A stretch of 64,000 nt of DNA from Cyanobacteriota bacterium (GTDB lineage: Bacteria > Cyanobacteriota > Cyanobacteriia > PCC-6307 > Cyanobiaceae): assembly GCA_046052125.1 (NCBI GenBank), contig JBJOMY010000005.1, positions 128,001-192,000 of the forward strand, in the 5' to 3' direction. Positions 52,870-63,293 of this stretch are shown piece by piece (the first letter of the stretch is position 1; each line of letters opens with the position of its first letter). Position numbers and translations under genes: made by a program. The notes under the pieces are model-generated. The model made no database searches. It worked only from the letters and a program-made list of their open reading frames with translations, and had not been told where the DNA came from.

Positions 52870-53538
52870 TCATCCGCGCAAACCCATCACCTGCTCCAGA
52901 GCAATCCGCTGCACTGATTCACCCTGAACGCTTCCAAGCTGCTGCTCAATCCGTAGCGCCAAGAGACCCGCTTGGGAATCCAGGCAAACCGAAAACGGCT
53001 GAGTGAACGACTTGGCCAACTCAACAGCGGCAATGCCGCCCACAGAAGCGAAGTGGATTTGACATCCGCTCCAAACCTGAGGCTTCGCAGCCAACCCATC
53101 AATCACCACCCGATTGAGCGCCTGAGACCCACCACTGATCAAACCATCCAAACCAAACGCGGGCCCACAACGCATCAACACGCGGCCGCGCCAGATCGCG
53201 CTGGGGGCCGCGCCCACTGAATAGGTGATCGGCCCAGCAGCCGTGCGCAGATGCAACACGGGGATTCGGCCCGCCAGGCTGCACCCGTGCTGCTCCAGCT
53301 CCGGCGTTTCGCTCACAGCCGTGGTCTGAGCAAGATCGTGTTTCACCAGCTCAAGCGTGCGCCTCTGAGCGGCCCGTTCGCGCAACAGCCGCGAAAAGCG
53401 GGCTCCGTTTTGCCCTTCAGCCATCAGGCCCTGCAACATCACGCCGCTGAGCGCCAGGCCCAGGCTCAACGAGAGCATCAGCTCCACCAACGAAAACCCG
53501 CCCATGGCCCTACAGCGAAGGGTCGGGTTCACAGCCAC
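52870..53538 (-). CDS. PilW-like minor pilin
   Basis: GG|FSLVELMLSL, LMRCGPAFGLDG; start may be ATG 53505. Confidence 0.8.
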   Translation of the reverse strand: MAVNPTLRCRAMGGFSLVELMLSLSLGLALSGVMLQGLMAEGQNGARFSRLLRERAAQRRTLELVKHDLAQTTAVSETPELEQHGCSLAGRIPVLHLRTAAGPITYSVGAAPSAIWRGRVLMRCGPAFGLDGLISGGSQALNRVVIDGLAAKPQVWSGCQIHFASVGGIAAVELAKSFTQPFSVCLDSQAGLLALRIEQQLGSVQGESVQRIALEQVMGLRG

Positions 53539-54013
53539 CGTTGCGGTAGCGGCCCAGCCGCGTGATCCCGAGCGGCAACGCCATCACCAGGCAGCGCTGC
53601 AGCGTTGTGCCGGGGGAGCTGAGCACGGCTGTGCCCCCATCGAGCACCAGCCCATTGCTGCTGAAGCGCAGCACAGCCGGGAAGTTGTGCGCCAAGCGCA
53701 CCTCCCCAGCCGCAATGGGCTCCTTCAGGCTCTCGAGCGTTTGCAGGCAGGGCGACAGGCTGCTCTGAGCCGGCGGCATCCATCCCTCCGGCTGCAGGCT
53801 GAGGCCGCAGGGTCGCCCCAGCTTCTGAGCCTCGGCCCGGCCCCGCTGAACGCCCTGATCCAGGCGGCGCGTGGCTGCTTCGAGCCGCTGGCGGGCCAGG
53901 GTTTCGCTGCCGCCGCTCCAGCCCAACACAGCCAGCAGCCCAACAATGGCGATCCCCACGAGCAGCTCAGCCAACGAGAAGCCATCCGACTCCTGAGACC
54001 TGGCACGCGCCAT
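53510..54013 (-). CDS. FimT/GspH-like minor pilin
   Basis: SDG|FSLAELLVGIAIVG, RFSSNG, RCLVMALPLG. Confidence 0.8.
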   Translation of the reverse strand: MARARSQESDGFSLAELLVGIAIVGLLAVLGWSGGSETLARQRLEAATRRLDQGVQRGRAEAQKLGRPCGLSLQPEGWMPPAQSSLSPCLQTLESLKEPIAAGEVRLAHNFPAVLRFSSNGLVLDGGTAVLSSPGTTLQRCLVMALPLGITRLGRYRNGGCEPDPSL

Positions 54014-54435
54014 CACGGCAATCCCTCCACCTGGCTGTCGGTGAGGGGCGCGTTGGCCGTGCAGGAGGTACCCAGCCCCGCGGGGGTGACTAACCGCTCA
54101 CGCACCACGCCTGGCTCACCCACAAACCGCCAGCGCAGCCGCAGCTCATCCGGTTGCTCGCCCACCACCACCTCCCGCTGGAGCTGCGGTGGAGTTGGCA
54201 CAGCAGCAGCCAGAGCCTTCAGCTGCTCAGAGTTGATGGCACAAACCTCAGCTCCCGCCAACTCGCGATGCCAGTGGGCCTGCAACTGCAAGCGATCCAG
54301 CTCGATCCGCTCAAGGCGTTGCTGACGCAGCTCCGTTTGCTGCGAGCTGCTTGCTGCCTGAGCGAACAGCTGCAGGGAGCTGCCCGAGGCAGCGGTGAAC
54401 ACCGCCGCCGCCACCAGTACTTCCACCAACTGCAT
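54013..54435 (-). CDS. PilV-like minor pilin without leader peptide
   Basis: Starts MQLVEVLVAAAVF; overlaps both neighbours. Confidence 0.65.
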   Translation of the reverse strand: MQLVEVLVAAAVFTAASGSSLQLFAQAASSSQQTELRQQRLERIELDRLQLQAHWHRELAGAEVCAINSEQLKALAAAVPTPPQLQREVVVGEQPDELRLRWRFVGEPGVVRERLVTPAGLGTSCTANAPLTDSQVEGLP

Positions 54436-54884
54436 CAGCCCAGCTCCTTCACGCCTGACGTGCCCAGCCAGTAGCGGCGCGCCAAACCGCCATCTGGAAG
54501 CTCGAGCTGCAGGGCCCCTCCGCCCTCAGGCTGCGGCGTCCAACCCGCCAGCTGCAGCGGCTGCCCATCGATCCACAGCCGTTGCAGAGCATCGGGATCC
54601 AGCCCGGCAGGGCAAGGCTCACGCAACGCCTGCAGGCGCCAATCCGCCAGAGGCACCGCTTTGAGGCAGGCGAGGCGCCCCTGAAAATCGGCCGCCAGGC
54701 GCTGTGCCCCTGAGGCCAGGCGATCTTCCGCCTGCAGGCGCGTGCGCTCAGCCGCCTGCACCTGACGGGTGTGCAGCACCAGCGAGTGCAGCGACAGGCT
54801 GCTCAGCAGCAGCACCAGAGCCCCGGTGATCGACAGGGGCAACACAAATCCGGCATCCCGGGCCGGGTGAACACGCTGAACCAT
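54435..54884 (-). CDS. Short PilX-like minor pilin
   Basis: AG|FVLPLSI (no Glu5) plus hydrophobic helix. Confidence 0.72.
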   Translation of the reverse strand: MVQRVHPARDAGFVLPLSITGALVLLLSSLSLHSLVLHTRQVQAAERTRLQAEDRLASGAQRLAADFQGRLACLKAVPLADWRLQALREPCPAGLDPDALQRLWIDGQPLQLAGWTPQPEGGGALQLELPDGGLARRYWLGTSGVKELG

Positions 54885-54957
54885 GGAGCATTCCGGCAAA
54901 CCATGGGCTGAGCATTCCCCCCGCAGCTACAAAGGAGCCATCAGCAGCACCGCTGCG

Positions 54958-55701
54958 ATGGCCGAAGGGCTGGACCGCGAAATTGAACTGCTGGAGATCC
55001 ACGAAGTCTCCGCCTGGCGCCAGCAGCTCGGGGCGGCCGCCGCAGGCCTGGTCACAGCCGGGCCGATCGGCTTGATCGCGTCCCTGATCGCCTTTCGCAA
55101 GCTGGAAGGCAACTGGCTGCCCTGGGCTCTGATCGGTGTGCTGGCGGCCCCACCGCTGGCCTACGGCCAATGGCGCGGGGTGGAAGCACTGCAGCGCTTG
55201 CAAGCAGGCGCTGATGCAGCTGCCCTATCCGATCTGGCCGCAGCCCAGCTGATCACGGAAACCGATCGCATCGCACGCAGCTGTGCCCTGGCCCAGCGCA
55301 AGGGCGTCAGCGCCGGCCCCATCCGCAACCCCCTCGACGGCAGCGACCTGTTCTGCGATCCCAGTTACCCCGCCACCGTGGTGATCACCAGCCAGAGCTT
55401 TGCGCCGTTGCAGCAATCCCGCAGCTGCGGCAACAGCACCCTGACGCCGGGCACCAGCGCCGCACAATGGTTGGTGTCGCCAGCGGGCACCCTGGTATGC
55501 CAGGCCATTGCCAGCTCAGGCTTCTGGTGGTGGGAGCAGGCCACGATCAACCGCCAGATGCTCTACCGCCGCTGCACCGAGAACCTTCGCCAGGAGGCTC
55601 GCACCGGTTTCAGCCGCACCGCCCACCAGCTCGGCCTGCGCGACTACTGCGCTGAGGAGCGCGCTCTGCTGGCGCGCGACCGGATCAGGGGGCTGCCGTA
55701 G
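54958..55701 (+). CDS. Membrane-anchored Cys-rich hypothetical protein
   Basis: Two N-terminal hydrophobic segments, six Cys; host-like codon usage. Confidence 0.65.
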   Translation: MAEGLDREIELLEIHEVSAWRQQLGAAAAGLVTAGPIGLIASLIAFRKLEGNWLPWALIGVLAAPPLAYGQWRGVEALQRLQAGADAAALSDLAAAQLITETDRIARSCALAQRKGVSAGPIRNPLDGSDLFCDPSYPATVVITSQSFAPLQQSRSCGNSTLTPGTSAAQWLVSPAGTLVCQAIASSGFWWWEQATINRQMLYRRCTENLRQEARTGFSRTAHQLGLRDYCAEERALLARDRIRGLP

Positions 55702-56389
55702 GCACTGGCGCGTTGGTGGCTGCCGCCTGCAGGCAGGCCGGCAAAAACACCCACCAGCTCAGCGTGGAGGTGCACTGCTGGGGATTCAGGCAAGGCAGGC
55801 TCGAACAGCGCTGGGTGGGAGGGCCGCCCAGTACCACCACAAAAGAGGTGGGCAGTTCCCGCAGGATGCCCATCGCCGAGATGGTGCCGCCCTTGGCGGT
55901 GCGCAGAATCGCAGAGCGCAGGCCTTCCACCCGCAGATCGCGGCCTTGGGCGAGCAGCGGCCGATACGCCTGAGTTTGCTGCTTCAGGAACGCCACACCC
56001 GCCGGTGAATAGAGGAAGTTGGCGAGGGGCACCAGCTCCACCGCGTAGGGCTTTGCGAGGGCCACCCGCAGCTGATCGTCGGGCCAACCGGAATTGGCGG
56101 CCAGCTGCAACAGGCGCTGATCCGTGAACGTGCCATCAGCCACGAACTGCTGCAGGGCGGCGTAGGGGATCGTCCAGAGTTCGGCGCCGCTCGCCAGGCG
56201 CAGGGTCTGCGTGGCACCTGGAGGTTCAAGCGCAGCCGGCGGCACGATCACAGGACCAGCCGGCGCTGGAGTAGCGCCTGGGTTGGCGGTGGTGGGTTGA
56301 GGAGTCGGTTCCGCCCCGCGCGAAGAAGTGGCCCCCAGAAGGAGGCCAACTCCGAACAGCGCCGCCAGAGCCTCGGAGAAACGGCTCAC
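55685..56389 (-). CDS. Exported DUF1400-like protein
   Basis: Signal peptide, Pro-rich linker, [18 protein letters not shown]...L, LRSAIL. Confidence 0.65.
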   Translation of the reverse strand: MSRFSEALAALFGVGLLLGATSSRGAEPTPQPTTANPGATPAPAGPVIVPPAALEPPGATQTLRLASGAELWTIPYAALQQFVADGTFTDQRLLQLAANSGWPDDQLRVALAKPYAVELVPLANFLYSPAGVAFLKQQTQAYRPLLAQGRDLRVEGLRSAILRTAKGGTISAMGILRELPTSFVVVLGGPPTQRCSSLPCLNPQQCTSTLSWWVFLPACLQAAATNAPVPTAAP

Positions 56390-58194
56390 TGGTTGAGCTT
56401 GAGCACGGCCATGAAGGCCTCTTGTGGCACATCCACCTTGCCCATCGCTTTCATGCGCTTCTTGCCCTTGGCCTGTTTCTGCAACAGCTTTTTCTTACGG
56501 GAGATATCGCCGCCGTAGCACTTGGCGAGCACGTCTTTACGCATAGCGCTGATGCTCTCGGAAGCGATCACTCGGCTGCCGATCGAAGCCTGAATCGGGA
56601 TCTTGAACTGCTGACGGGGGATCAATTCCTTGAGTTTCTCCACAAGGCCCTTACCCACGTTGTAGGCCTTATCGCGGTGCACAATCGTGGTGAGTGGATC
56701 CGCTTTTTCAGCATTGATTAATACGTCCAGGCGCACCAGATCGTTTTTGCGATAGCCGATCAGGGAATACTCCATCGAGGCATAGCCTTTGGTGCGGCTC
56801 TTCATCTGATCGAAGAAATCAGTCACCACCTCGGCAAGCGGCATCTCGTAGTGCAGGGTGACGCGATCGGTCGTGATGTATTTCATATCAATGAATTCAC
56901 CCCGCCGCTCCTGGCACAGCTCCATCAACGTGCCGTTGTAGGTGTTGGGGGTGTAGATCTCGAGCTTCACATAGGGCTCTTCGATCGATTCACGCTTCTG
57001 GGGATCCGGCAGCGTTGCGGGGTTATCCACCATCACCGTGGTGCCATCCAGCATGTTCACCTGATAGATCACCGATGGCGCGGTCACGATCAGATCAAGG
57101 TTGTATTCCCGCTCGAGGCGCTCCTGCACGATCTCCATGTGCAGCAGGCCAAGAAAGCCGCAGCGGAAGCCGAAGCCCATGGCGCTGCTGGTTTCCGGCT
57201 CGTATTTGAGCGCGGCATCACTGAGCTGCAACTTGTCGAGCGCTTCGCGCAGATCGGGGTATTGATCGGCGTCCGTGGGGAACAGGCCGCAGAACACCAT
57301 CGGCTTGGCCTCGGTGTAGCCGGGCAGTGGCTCTGAAGCCGGGTTGTTCACCAGGGTGATCGTGTCGCCCACGCGCGCATCGGCCACGGCCTTGATCGAG
57401 GCCGCGAGATAGCCCACCTCTCCGGCCTGAAGGCTGTCCACCTTGCGCTGATCCGGGGCCATCACGCCCACTTCATCGAGCTCATAGGTTTTCTTGCTGG
57501 CCATCAGCAGCACCTTGTCTTTGGTGCGGATCGAGCCGGAGATCACCCGGAAATACACAATCACTCCCCGGTAGGGGTCGTAATAGGAATCGAAAATCAA
57601 GGCTCGCAAAGGCTCATTCAGCCGATCGGGCGGCGGCGGCACCCGATCCACCACGGCCTGCAGGATTTCAGGAACGCCCAGGCCGCTCTTGGCGGAGCAG
57701 GGAATCGCGCCAGTGCAGTCGAGGCCGATGATCGCTTCGATCTCTTCGCTGATGCGCTCGGGATCGGCGCCAGGAAGATCGATCTTGTTGAGAACAGGAA
57801 TGATCTCGAGATTATTTTCGATCGCCAGATACACATTGGCCAGGGTCTGCGCTTCAACGCCCTGGCTGGCATCCACCACCAGCAGTGCGCCCTCGCAGGC
57901 CTGGAGGGAACGACTCACCTCATAGGAGAAGTCAACGTGGCCGGGGGTATCAATCAGGTTGAGGATGTAGGTCTCACCATCGGCGGCTTTGTATTCCATG
58001 CGCGCCGCCTGCAGCTTGATCGTGATGCCGCGTTCACGCTCGAGCTCCATGTTGTCGAGAAACTGCTCCTGCATGTCGCGGGCAGCCACGGTTCCCGTGT
58101 CCTGCAACAAGCGATCAGCCAGCGTTGATTTGCCGTGATCGATGTGAGCAATGATGCAGAAGTTGCGGATCCTCGAGGCGGGAACGTCGGTCAT
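56386..58194 (-). CDS. lepA: Elongation factor 4
   Basis: [36 protein letters not shown]. Confidence 0.99.
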   Translation of the reverse strand: MTDVPASRIRNFCIIAHIDHGKSTLADRLLQDTGTVAARDMQEQFLDNMELERERGITIKLQAARMEYKAADGETYILNLIDTPGHVDFSYEVSRSLQACEGALLVVDASQGVEAQTLANVYLAIENNLEIIPVLNKIDLPGADPERISEEIEAIIGLDCTGAIPCSAKSGLGVPEILQAVVDRVPPPPDRLNEPLRALIFDSYYDPYRGVIVYFRVISGSIRTKDKVLLMASKKTYELDEVGVMAPDQRKVDSLQAGEVGYLAASIKAVADARVGDTITLVNNPASEPLPGYTEAKPMVFCGLFPTDADQYPDLREALDKLQLSDAALKYEPETSSAMGFGFRCGFLGLLHMEIVQERLEREYNLDLIVTAPSVIYQVNMLDGTTVMVDNPATLPDPQKRESIEEPYVKLEIYTPNTYNGTLMELCQERRGEFIDMKYITTDRVTLHYEMPLAEVVTDFFDQMKSRTKGYASMEYSLIGYRKNDLVRLDVLINAEKADPLTTIVHRDKAYNVGKGLVEKLKELIPRQQFKIPIQASIGSRVIASESISAMRKDVLAKCYGGDISRKKKLLQKQAKGKKRMKAMGKVDVPQEAFMAVLKLNQ

Positions 58195-58277
58195 TCGCTG
58201 CGTCTTCTCTGGTGGGGTCCCGGCGCGGGGCGGTGGATCTCGATGGGCCGATCCTAGGGAGAGACGCTGCTGCCCCC

Positions 58278-58616
58278 ATGCCGAACACCCCTGCCTGGCT
58301 GCTGTTGTTGCTGGCCATTGCTTCAGAGGTGGTGGGCACCTCCTGCCTCAAGCTCTCCGCCGGAATGAGCCGGCCCCTACCCACCCTGGTGGTGCTGGCG
58401 GCCTATGGCAGCTCGATGCTGCTGCTCTCCCGAGTGGTGCAGACCATCCCGCTCGGCATCACCTATGCGCTCTGGAGCGGAGTCGGCATCGTGGCCATCG
58501 TGCTGGTGGGGCTGCTCGCCTACCGGCAGGTGCCGAGCCCCGGCCAATTGGTGGGCATCGCTCTGATCGCCGCTGGCGTGGTGATCGTGAACCTCACCGG
58601 CCAACTGGAGGCCTGA
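58278..58616 (+). CDS. SMR family small multidrug transporter
   Basis: [10 protein letters not shown] (conserved Glu), YALWSGVG, four TMs. Confidence 0.92.
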   Translation: MPNTPAWLLLLLAIASEVVGTSCLKLSAGMSRPLPTLVVLAAYGSSMLLLSRVVQTIPLGITYALWSGVGIVAIVLVGLLAYRQVPSPGQLVGIALIAAGVVIVNLTGQLEA

Positions 58617-58670
58617 GGCTGATCAACCCGTAAAAGGCGCTTCCTAAGCTCGTTTCAAAACAGAAACCCC

Positions 58671-58961
58671 ATGAGCACCGACACCACAGCCGCAACCCCC
58701 GAAGCAGCCGCCCCTGAGGCCAACGACCCCCGCGCCCTCACCCTCGAAAACGTGGAGCGCACCCTCGATGAGCTGCGCCCCTATCTGATGGCTGATGGCG
58801 GCAACGTGGAAGTGGTGGAAATCGATGGCCCGATCGTGAAGGTGCGCCTGCAGGGCGCCTGTGGCTCCTGCCCCAGCAGCACCATGACCTTGAAGATGGG
58901 CATCGAGCGCAAGCTGCGCGAAGCCATCCCCGAAGTGAACGAAGTGGTGCAGGTGCTCTGA
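58671..58961 (+). CDS. nfuA: NifU/NfuA-type Fe-S scaffold
   Basis: [22 protein letters not shown]. Confidence 0.92.
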   Translation: MSTDTTAATPEAAAPEANDPRALTLENVERTLDELRPYLMADGGNVEVVEIDGPIVKVRLQGACGSCPSSTMTLKMGIERKLREAIPEVNEVVQVL

Positions 58962-59015
58962 GCTGGTCGCTCAGAAACCCTGGCCCGTAGGCTCGCCGCA
59001 CTTGCTTTAGGGCCC

Positions 59016-60299
59016 GTGCTGGATCAGCGCCTGCTGCGCGACAACCCCGAGCTGATCACTGCACAGCTCGGCCGTCGCGGCATGACGCTCGACCTCACGG
59101 GCCTTCAGCTCATGGCCCGCCAGGAGCGCGACCTGGAGGAGCAGCGCAGCAACCTGCAGGCCGAGGGCAACCGCATCGGTAAGGAGGTGGGCCTGAAGAT
59201 CAAGGGGGGTGCCGCCCCAAATAGCCCTGAGGTGCAGGAGCTCCGCAACGAAGGCAACCGCATCAAGCAGCAGGTGGCGGTGCTGGAAGAAGAGGAGAAA
59301 GCCCTCGAAGCCAAGCTGCGCGAGCAGCTGCTCACCCTCCCCAACCTCCCGTCGCCCGATGCCCCAGATGGGCGCAGCGAAGACGACAACGTGGAACTCA
59401 AGCGCTGGGGCACCCCGCGCGCCAAAGAAGACTGGCTCGAGGAGCACTGGCAGATCGCCGAACGGCTCGGCCTGTTTGAAACCGAACGCTCCGTGCGCAT
59501 CGCCCAGAGCCGCTTCGTCACGCTGATGGGCCAGGGCGCCCGGCTGGAGCGGGCCCTGATCAACTTCATGCTCGACCTGCACGGCGGCAAGGGCTACCGC
59601 GAGGTGCTGCCACCGATCCTCGTGAACAGCGCCAGCCTCACCGGCTCAGGCCAGCTGCCCAAATTCGCCGAGGAGAGCTTCCGCTGCGCTGAAGACGACC
59701 TCTGGCTCACCCCCACCGCTGAGGTGCCCGTCACCTCCCTGCACCGCGACGAGGTGATCCCGGCCGAGCAGCTGCCGCTGAAATACGTGGCCTACACCCC
59801 CTGCTTCCGCCGCGAAGCCGGCAGCTACGGGCGTGACACCCGCGGCCTGATCCGCCTCCACCAGTTCAACAAGGTGGAGCTCTACTGGTTCTGCCATCCC
59901 GACCACTCGGCCGAAGCGCATCAACAGATCACCGCCGATGCCGAAGCGGTGCTCGAGGCGCTGGAGCTGCCCTACCGCAAGATCGAGCTCTGCACCGGAG
60001 ACATGGGCTTCTCAGCCTCGCGCACCTACGACCTCGAGGTGTGGCTGCCCGGCGCCGGCGCCTACCGCGAAATCTCCAGCTGCTCGGTGTGCGGCGATTT
60101 CCAGGCCCGCCGCTCCGCCATTCGCCTGAAAGACGGCAAAGGCACCCAGCTCGTGCACACCCTCAACGGCAGCGGCCTGGCCGTAGGGCGCACCATGGCG
60201 GCCCTGCTGGAAAACGGTCAGCAAGTGGATGGCTCAATCCAGCTGCCTGCAGCCCTGGTGCCCTACTTCGGCGCCGAGCGAATCAGCGCGGTGAGCTGA
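59016..60299 (+). CDS. serS: Serine-tRNA ligase
   Basis: PTAEVP, FRREAGSYGRD, HQFNKVE, EISSCS, TLNGSG. Confidence 0.99.
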   Translation: MLDQRLLRDNPELITAQLGRRGMTLDLTGLQLMARQERDLEEQRSNLQAEGNRIGKEVGLKIKGGAAPNSPEVQELRNEGNRIKQQVAVLEEEEKALEAKLREQLLTLPNLPSPDAPDGRSEDDNVELKRWGTPRAKEDWLEEHWQIAERLGLFETERSVRIAQSRFVTLMGQGARLERALINFMLDLHGGKGYREVLPPILVNSASLTGSGQLPKFAEESFRCAEDDLWLTPTAEVPVTSLHRDEVIPAEQLPLKYVAYTPCFRREAGSYGRDTRGLIRLHQFNKVELYWFCHPDHSAEAHQQITADAEAVLEALELPYRKIELCTGDMGFSASRTYDLEVWLPGAGAYREISSCSVCGDFQARRSAIRLKDGKGTQLVHTLNGSGLAVGRTMAALLENGQQVDGSIQLPAALVPYFGAERISAVS

Positions 60300-61749
60300 G
60301 CTCCAGGCCGAGGGCGGCATTGCTGCGCTGGCGCAGGGCCTCGAGTTGGCCCTGATCAGCGCCGAGATCCGTGCCCCACGAAGGAATCAGAGCGCGCAAC
60401 TGCTGCTGCCAGCCGCTGCTGGCAAAACGCCCCGGCCAGCAGCGCTGCAACACCTCCACCATCGTTTGCACGGCGGTGGAGGCACCGGGGGAGGCGCCAA
60501 GCAATGCCGCTAGGGAGCCATCGGCGCTGCTCACCACCTCCGTGCCCATCTGCAACACGCCGCGGCCCTCGATCTGCTTGATGATCTGCACCCGCTGGCC
60601 AGCCACCGCCAGCTCCCAATCGGCCTCACAGGCCTGGGGCAAAAACTGGCGCAAGCTCTCCATCCGCTGCTCCTGGCTCTGGAGCACCTGCCCCACCAAG
60701 TACCGCACCAGATTGAAATTGGAGGCACCGGCCTGCAGGCTCGGAAGCAGGTTGTATGGCGTCACCGATCCCGCCAGATCCCAAAGCGAGCCCTGCTTGA
60801 GGAATCGGGTGCTGAAGCCCGCATAGGGGCCAAACAGCAAAGCCCGCTGCCCATCAATCCAACGGGTGTCGAGGTGAGGCACCGACATGGGGGGTGCCCC
60901 CACGGCCGCCTTGCCGTACACCTTGGCGTTGTGGCCGGCGATCACCGCTGGGTTACGGCACACCAACCACTGGCCGCTCACCGGGAACGCACCGTATTGC
61001 CGTGCCTCCGGGATCCCCGAACGCTGCAGCAGCGGCAGCGCTCCGCCGCCGGCTCCGAGAAACACAAACGGCGCCTCGAAGCTGGCCTTAGCGCCACCGG
61101 GCAGGCGGGCCTGCACCTGCCAGGCCGAGCCAACACGCTCCAGGCCCACCACCTCATGCTGCCGGCGTACGTCGATGCCCTCGAGCAAGGCTTCGGTGAG
61201 CGAGCCGAAATTCACATCCGTGCCGCGGGCCACCCGCGTGGCCGCCAGGGGCTGATCGAGGCGGCGGCCCTCCATAACCAGCGGCATCCATTCGCGCAGC
61301 TGCGCCGAATCGCCGCTCCACTCCATGCCGGCGAACTGAGGCGTGGCCTGGAGCGCCTCCCAACGGCGGCGCAGGAAGGCCACGTTGGCCTCGCCCCACA
61401 CAAAGCTCAGGTGCGGAACCGAGCGGATGAACCCTGCCGGATCCCGCAGCGCCCCCCGCTCCACCAGCGAGCTCCAAAACTGCAGGCTCAGCTCAAAAGC
61501 GCTATTGATCGCCAAGGCCTTGCCAATCGGCACCGAGCCATCAGCGGCCTGCGGGGTGTAGTTGAGCTCGCAATTGGCTGCGTGGCCGGTGCCGGCGTTG
61601 TTCAGAGGTGCACTGCTTTCAGCGGCCGTAGCCGGCAAGCGCTCGAGCACCACCACCTCCAGGGCGGGATCGAGCTGACGCAGCAACTGGGCCAGGGTGG
61701 CGCCCATGATTCCTGCCCCCACCAGCAGGGCGTCGCAGCGATGCGTCAT
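60283..61749 (-). CDS. mqo: Malate:quinone oxidoreductase
   Basis: GAGIMG, NNAGTGH..NCELNY, PPMSVPHLDTR, LLGASPGAST. Confidence 0.95.
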   Translation of the reverse strand: MTHRCDALLVGAGIMGATLAQLLRQLDPALEVVVLERLPATAAESSAPLNNAGTGHAANCELNYTPQAADGSVPIGKALAINSAFELSLQFWSSLVERGALRDPAGFIRSVPHLSFVWGEANVAFLRRRWEALQATPQFAGMEWSGDSAQLREWMPLVMEGRRLDQPLAATRVARGTDVNFGSLTEALLEGIDVRRQHEVVGLERVGSAWQVQARLPGGAKASFEAPFVFLGAGGGALPLLQRSGIPEARQYGAFPVSGQWLVCRNPAVIAGHNAKVYGKAAVGAPPMSVPHLDTRWIDGQRALLFGPYAGFSTRFLKQGSLWDLAGSVTPYNLLPSLQAGASNFNLVRYLVGQVLQSQEQRMESLRQFLPQACEADWELAVAGQRVQIIKQIEGRGVLQMGTEVVSSADGSLAALLGASPGASTAVQTMVEVLQRCWPGRFASSGWQQQLRALIPSWGTDLGADQGQLEALRQRSNAALGLELSSPR

Positions 61750-61796
61750 CTCGACGGGGCATCCCTCCACAATGGAGACACTTTGCACCTGCGCGG

Positions 61797-62885
61797 ATGG
61801 GGGTTCTCACGGCCCTGGCGATCCTGGCCGGCTTGATCGTGGTGCACGAGGCGGGCCATTTCTTTGCCGCCACCTGGCAGGGCATTCGCGTGAGTGGCTT
61901 CTCCGTGGGGTTCGGGCCGGTGCTGCTCGAACGCCAGCGCCGCGGCGTGCAGTTCGCCCTGCGGGCCATCCCCCTCGGAGGCTTCGTGTCGTTCCCGGAC
62001 GACGATGAAGAGAGCACCATCCCGGCGGACGACCCCGATCTGCTGCGCAACCGCCCGATCCCCCAGCGGGCCCTAGTGATTGCCGCAGGCGTGCTCGCCA
62101 ACCTGCTGCTCGCCTGGAGCGTGCTGGTGGCTCAGGGGCTGGTTGTTGGCATTCCCGCCGGTTTCAGCACCATCCCGGGCGTGCTCGTCTCCGGTGTTCA
62201 GTCCGGCCAGGCTGCCGCCGCTGCCGGCCTTCACCCCGGCGATCGCATCCTGGCGGTGGATGGCGTGGATCTCGGCGGCGGCCAGAGCGCCGTAGCCGAG
62301 CTGGTGGAGCGGGTGAAGGGCGCCCCCGACCAAACCCTGCGCCTGCAGGCGGAACGCGGCGGCAAACAGCTCAACCTTTCGCTCACCCCTGCCGATCTCA
62401 GCGGCATCGGCCGAATCGGCGCCCAGCTGCAACCCAGCGGCACGGAAGCCTTCCGGCGCGCCAAAGGTCCAGGCGAGATCCTGCGCCAGGCCAACCACGA
62501 TTTCGGCGCCCTCACCCAGCGCACGGTGGAGGGCTTCATCACCCTGGCCACCCATTTCGGTGAAACAGCCAGCCAGGTGTCTGGTCCGGTGAAGATCGTG
62601 GAAATGGGAGCGTCGCTGGCCAAGCAGGGGGGCAGCAGCCTGTTCCTCTACACCGCGCTGATCTCGATCAACCTGGCGGTGCTGAACGCCCTGCCCCTGC
62701 CGCTGCTCGATGGTGGGCAGTTTGTGCTCTTGATGATCGAAGGGCTGCGGGGCAAACCCCTGCCGGAGAAGTTCCAGCTGGCCTTCATGCAATCGGGCTT
62801 TGTGTTCCTGGTGGGTCTCAGCCTGGTGCTGATCGTGAAGGACACCAGCCAGCTGGCGGCGGTTCAGCAGCTGCTGGGCCGTTGA
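61797..62885 (+). CDS. rseP: Site-2 (M50) zinc metalloprotease with PDZ domain
   Basis: [22 protein letters not shown]. Confidence 0.94.
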   Translation: MGVLTALAILAGLIVVHEAGHFFAATWQGIRVSGFSVGFGPVLLERQRRGVQFALRAIPLGGFVSFPDDDEESTIPADDPDLLRNRPIPQRALVIAAGVLANLLLAWSVLVAQGLVVGIPAGFSTIPGVLVSGVQSGQAAAAAGLHPGDRILAVDGVDLGGGQSAVAELVERVKGAPDQTLRLQAERGGKQLNLSLTPADLSGIGRIGAQLQPSGTEAFRRAKGPGEILRQANHDFGALTQRTVEGFITLATHFGETASQVSGPVKIVEMGASLAKQGGSSLFLYTALISINLAVLNALPLPLLDGGQFVLLMIEGLRGKPLPEKFQLAFMQSGFVFLVGLSLVLIVKDTSQLAAVQQLLGR

Positions 62886-62937
62886 GGTCACCCCGCGAGG
62901 TAGGCTCGTTCATCATTGCCCCACGAGTCCAGGCCGC

Positions 62938-63240
62938 ATGGCGAAGAAGTCGATGATTGCGCGCGACGTGAAGCGCCAGAAGATGGTTGAGCGCTTCGCT
63001 GCTAAGCGCGCCGCTCTGATGGCTGCCTTCGAAGCCGCTGCCGATCCGATGGAGCGCCTGGAAATCCACCGCAAGATCCAGGGTCTGCCCCGCAACAGCG
63101 CCAAGGTGCGCCTGCGCAACCGTTGCTGGGCCACCGGCAAGCCCCGTGGTGTGTACCGCGATTTCGGCCTGTGCCGCAACCAGCTGCGCGAGCGCGCCCA
63201 CAAAGGTGAGCTGCCCGGCGTGGTGAAGTCTTCCTGGTGA
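62938..63240 (+). CDS. rpsN: 30S ribosomal protein S14
   Basis: [26 protein letters not shown]. Confidence 0.99.
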   Translation: MAKKSMIARDVKRQKMVERFAAKRAALMAAFEAAADPMERLEIHRKIQGLPRNSAKVRLRNRCWATGKPRGVYRDFGLCRNQLRERAHKGELPGVVKSSW

Positions 63241-63269
63241 GTTCAGGGCTCAGTCCTGTTCTGTCGTTC

Positions 63270-63293
63270 AAAAGCGCCGCAAGGCGCTTTTTT
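63270..63293 (+). terminator. Intrinsic terminator after rpsN
   Basis: AAAAGCGCC-GCAA-GGCGCTTTT followed by more Ts. Confidence 0.9.

Noticed and set aside
54879..54918. Imperfect repeat AACCATGG..AGCATTCC in the divergent gap before the second pilin operon
   Set aside because: Short, interrupted and overlapping a start codon; not enough to call a regulatory site.
60283..61749. mqo in opposite orientation between serS and rseP as a possible recent insertion
   Set aside because: Composition is host-like, and no flanking repeats or displaced gene ends were found.
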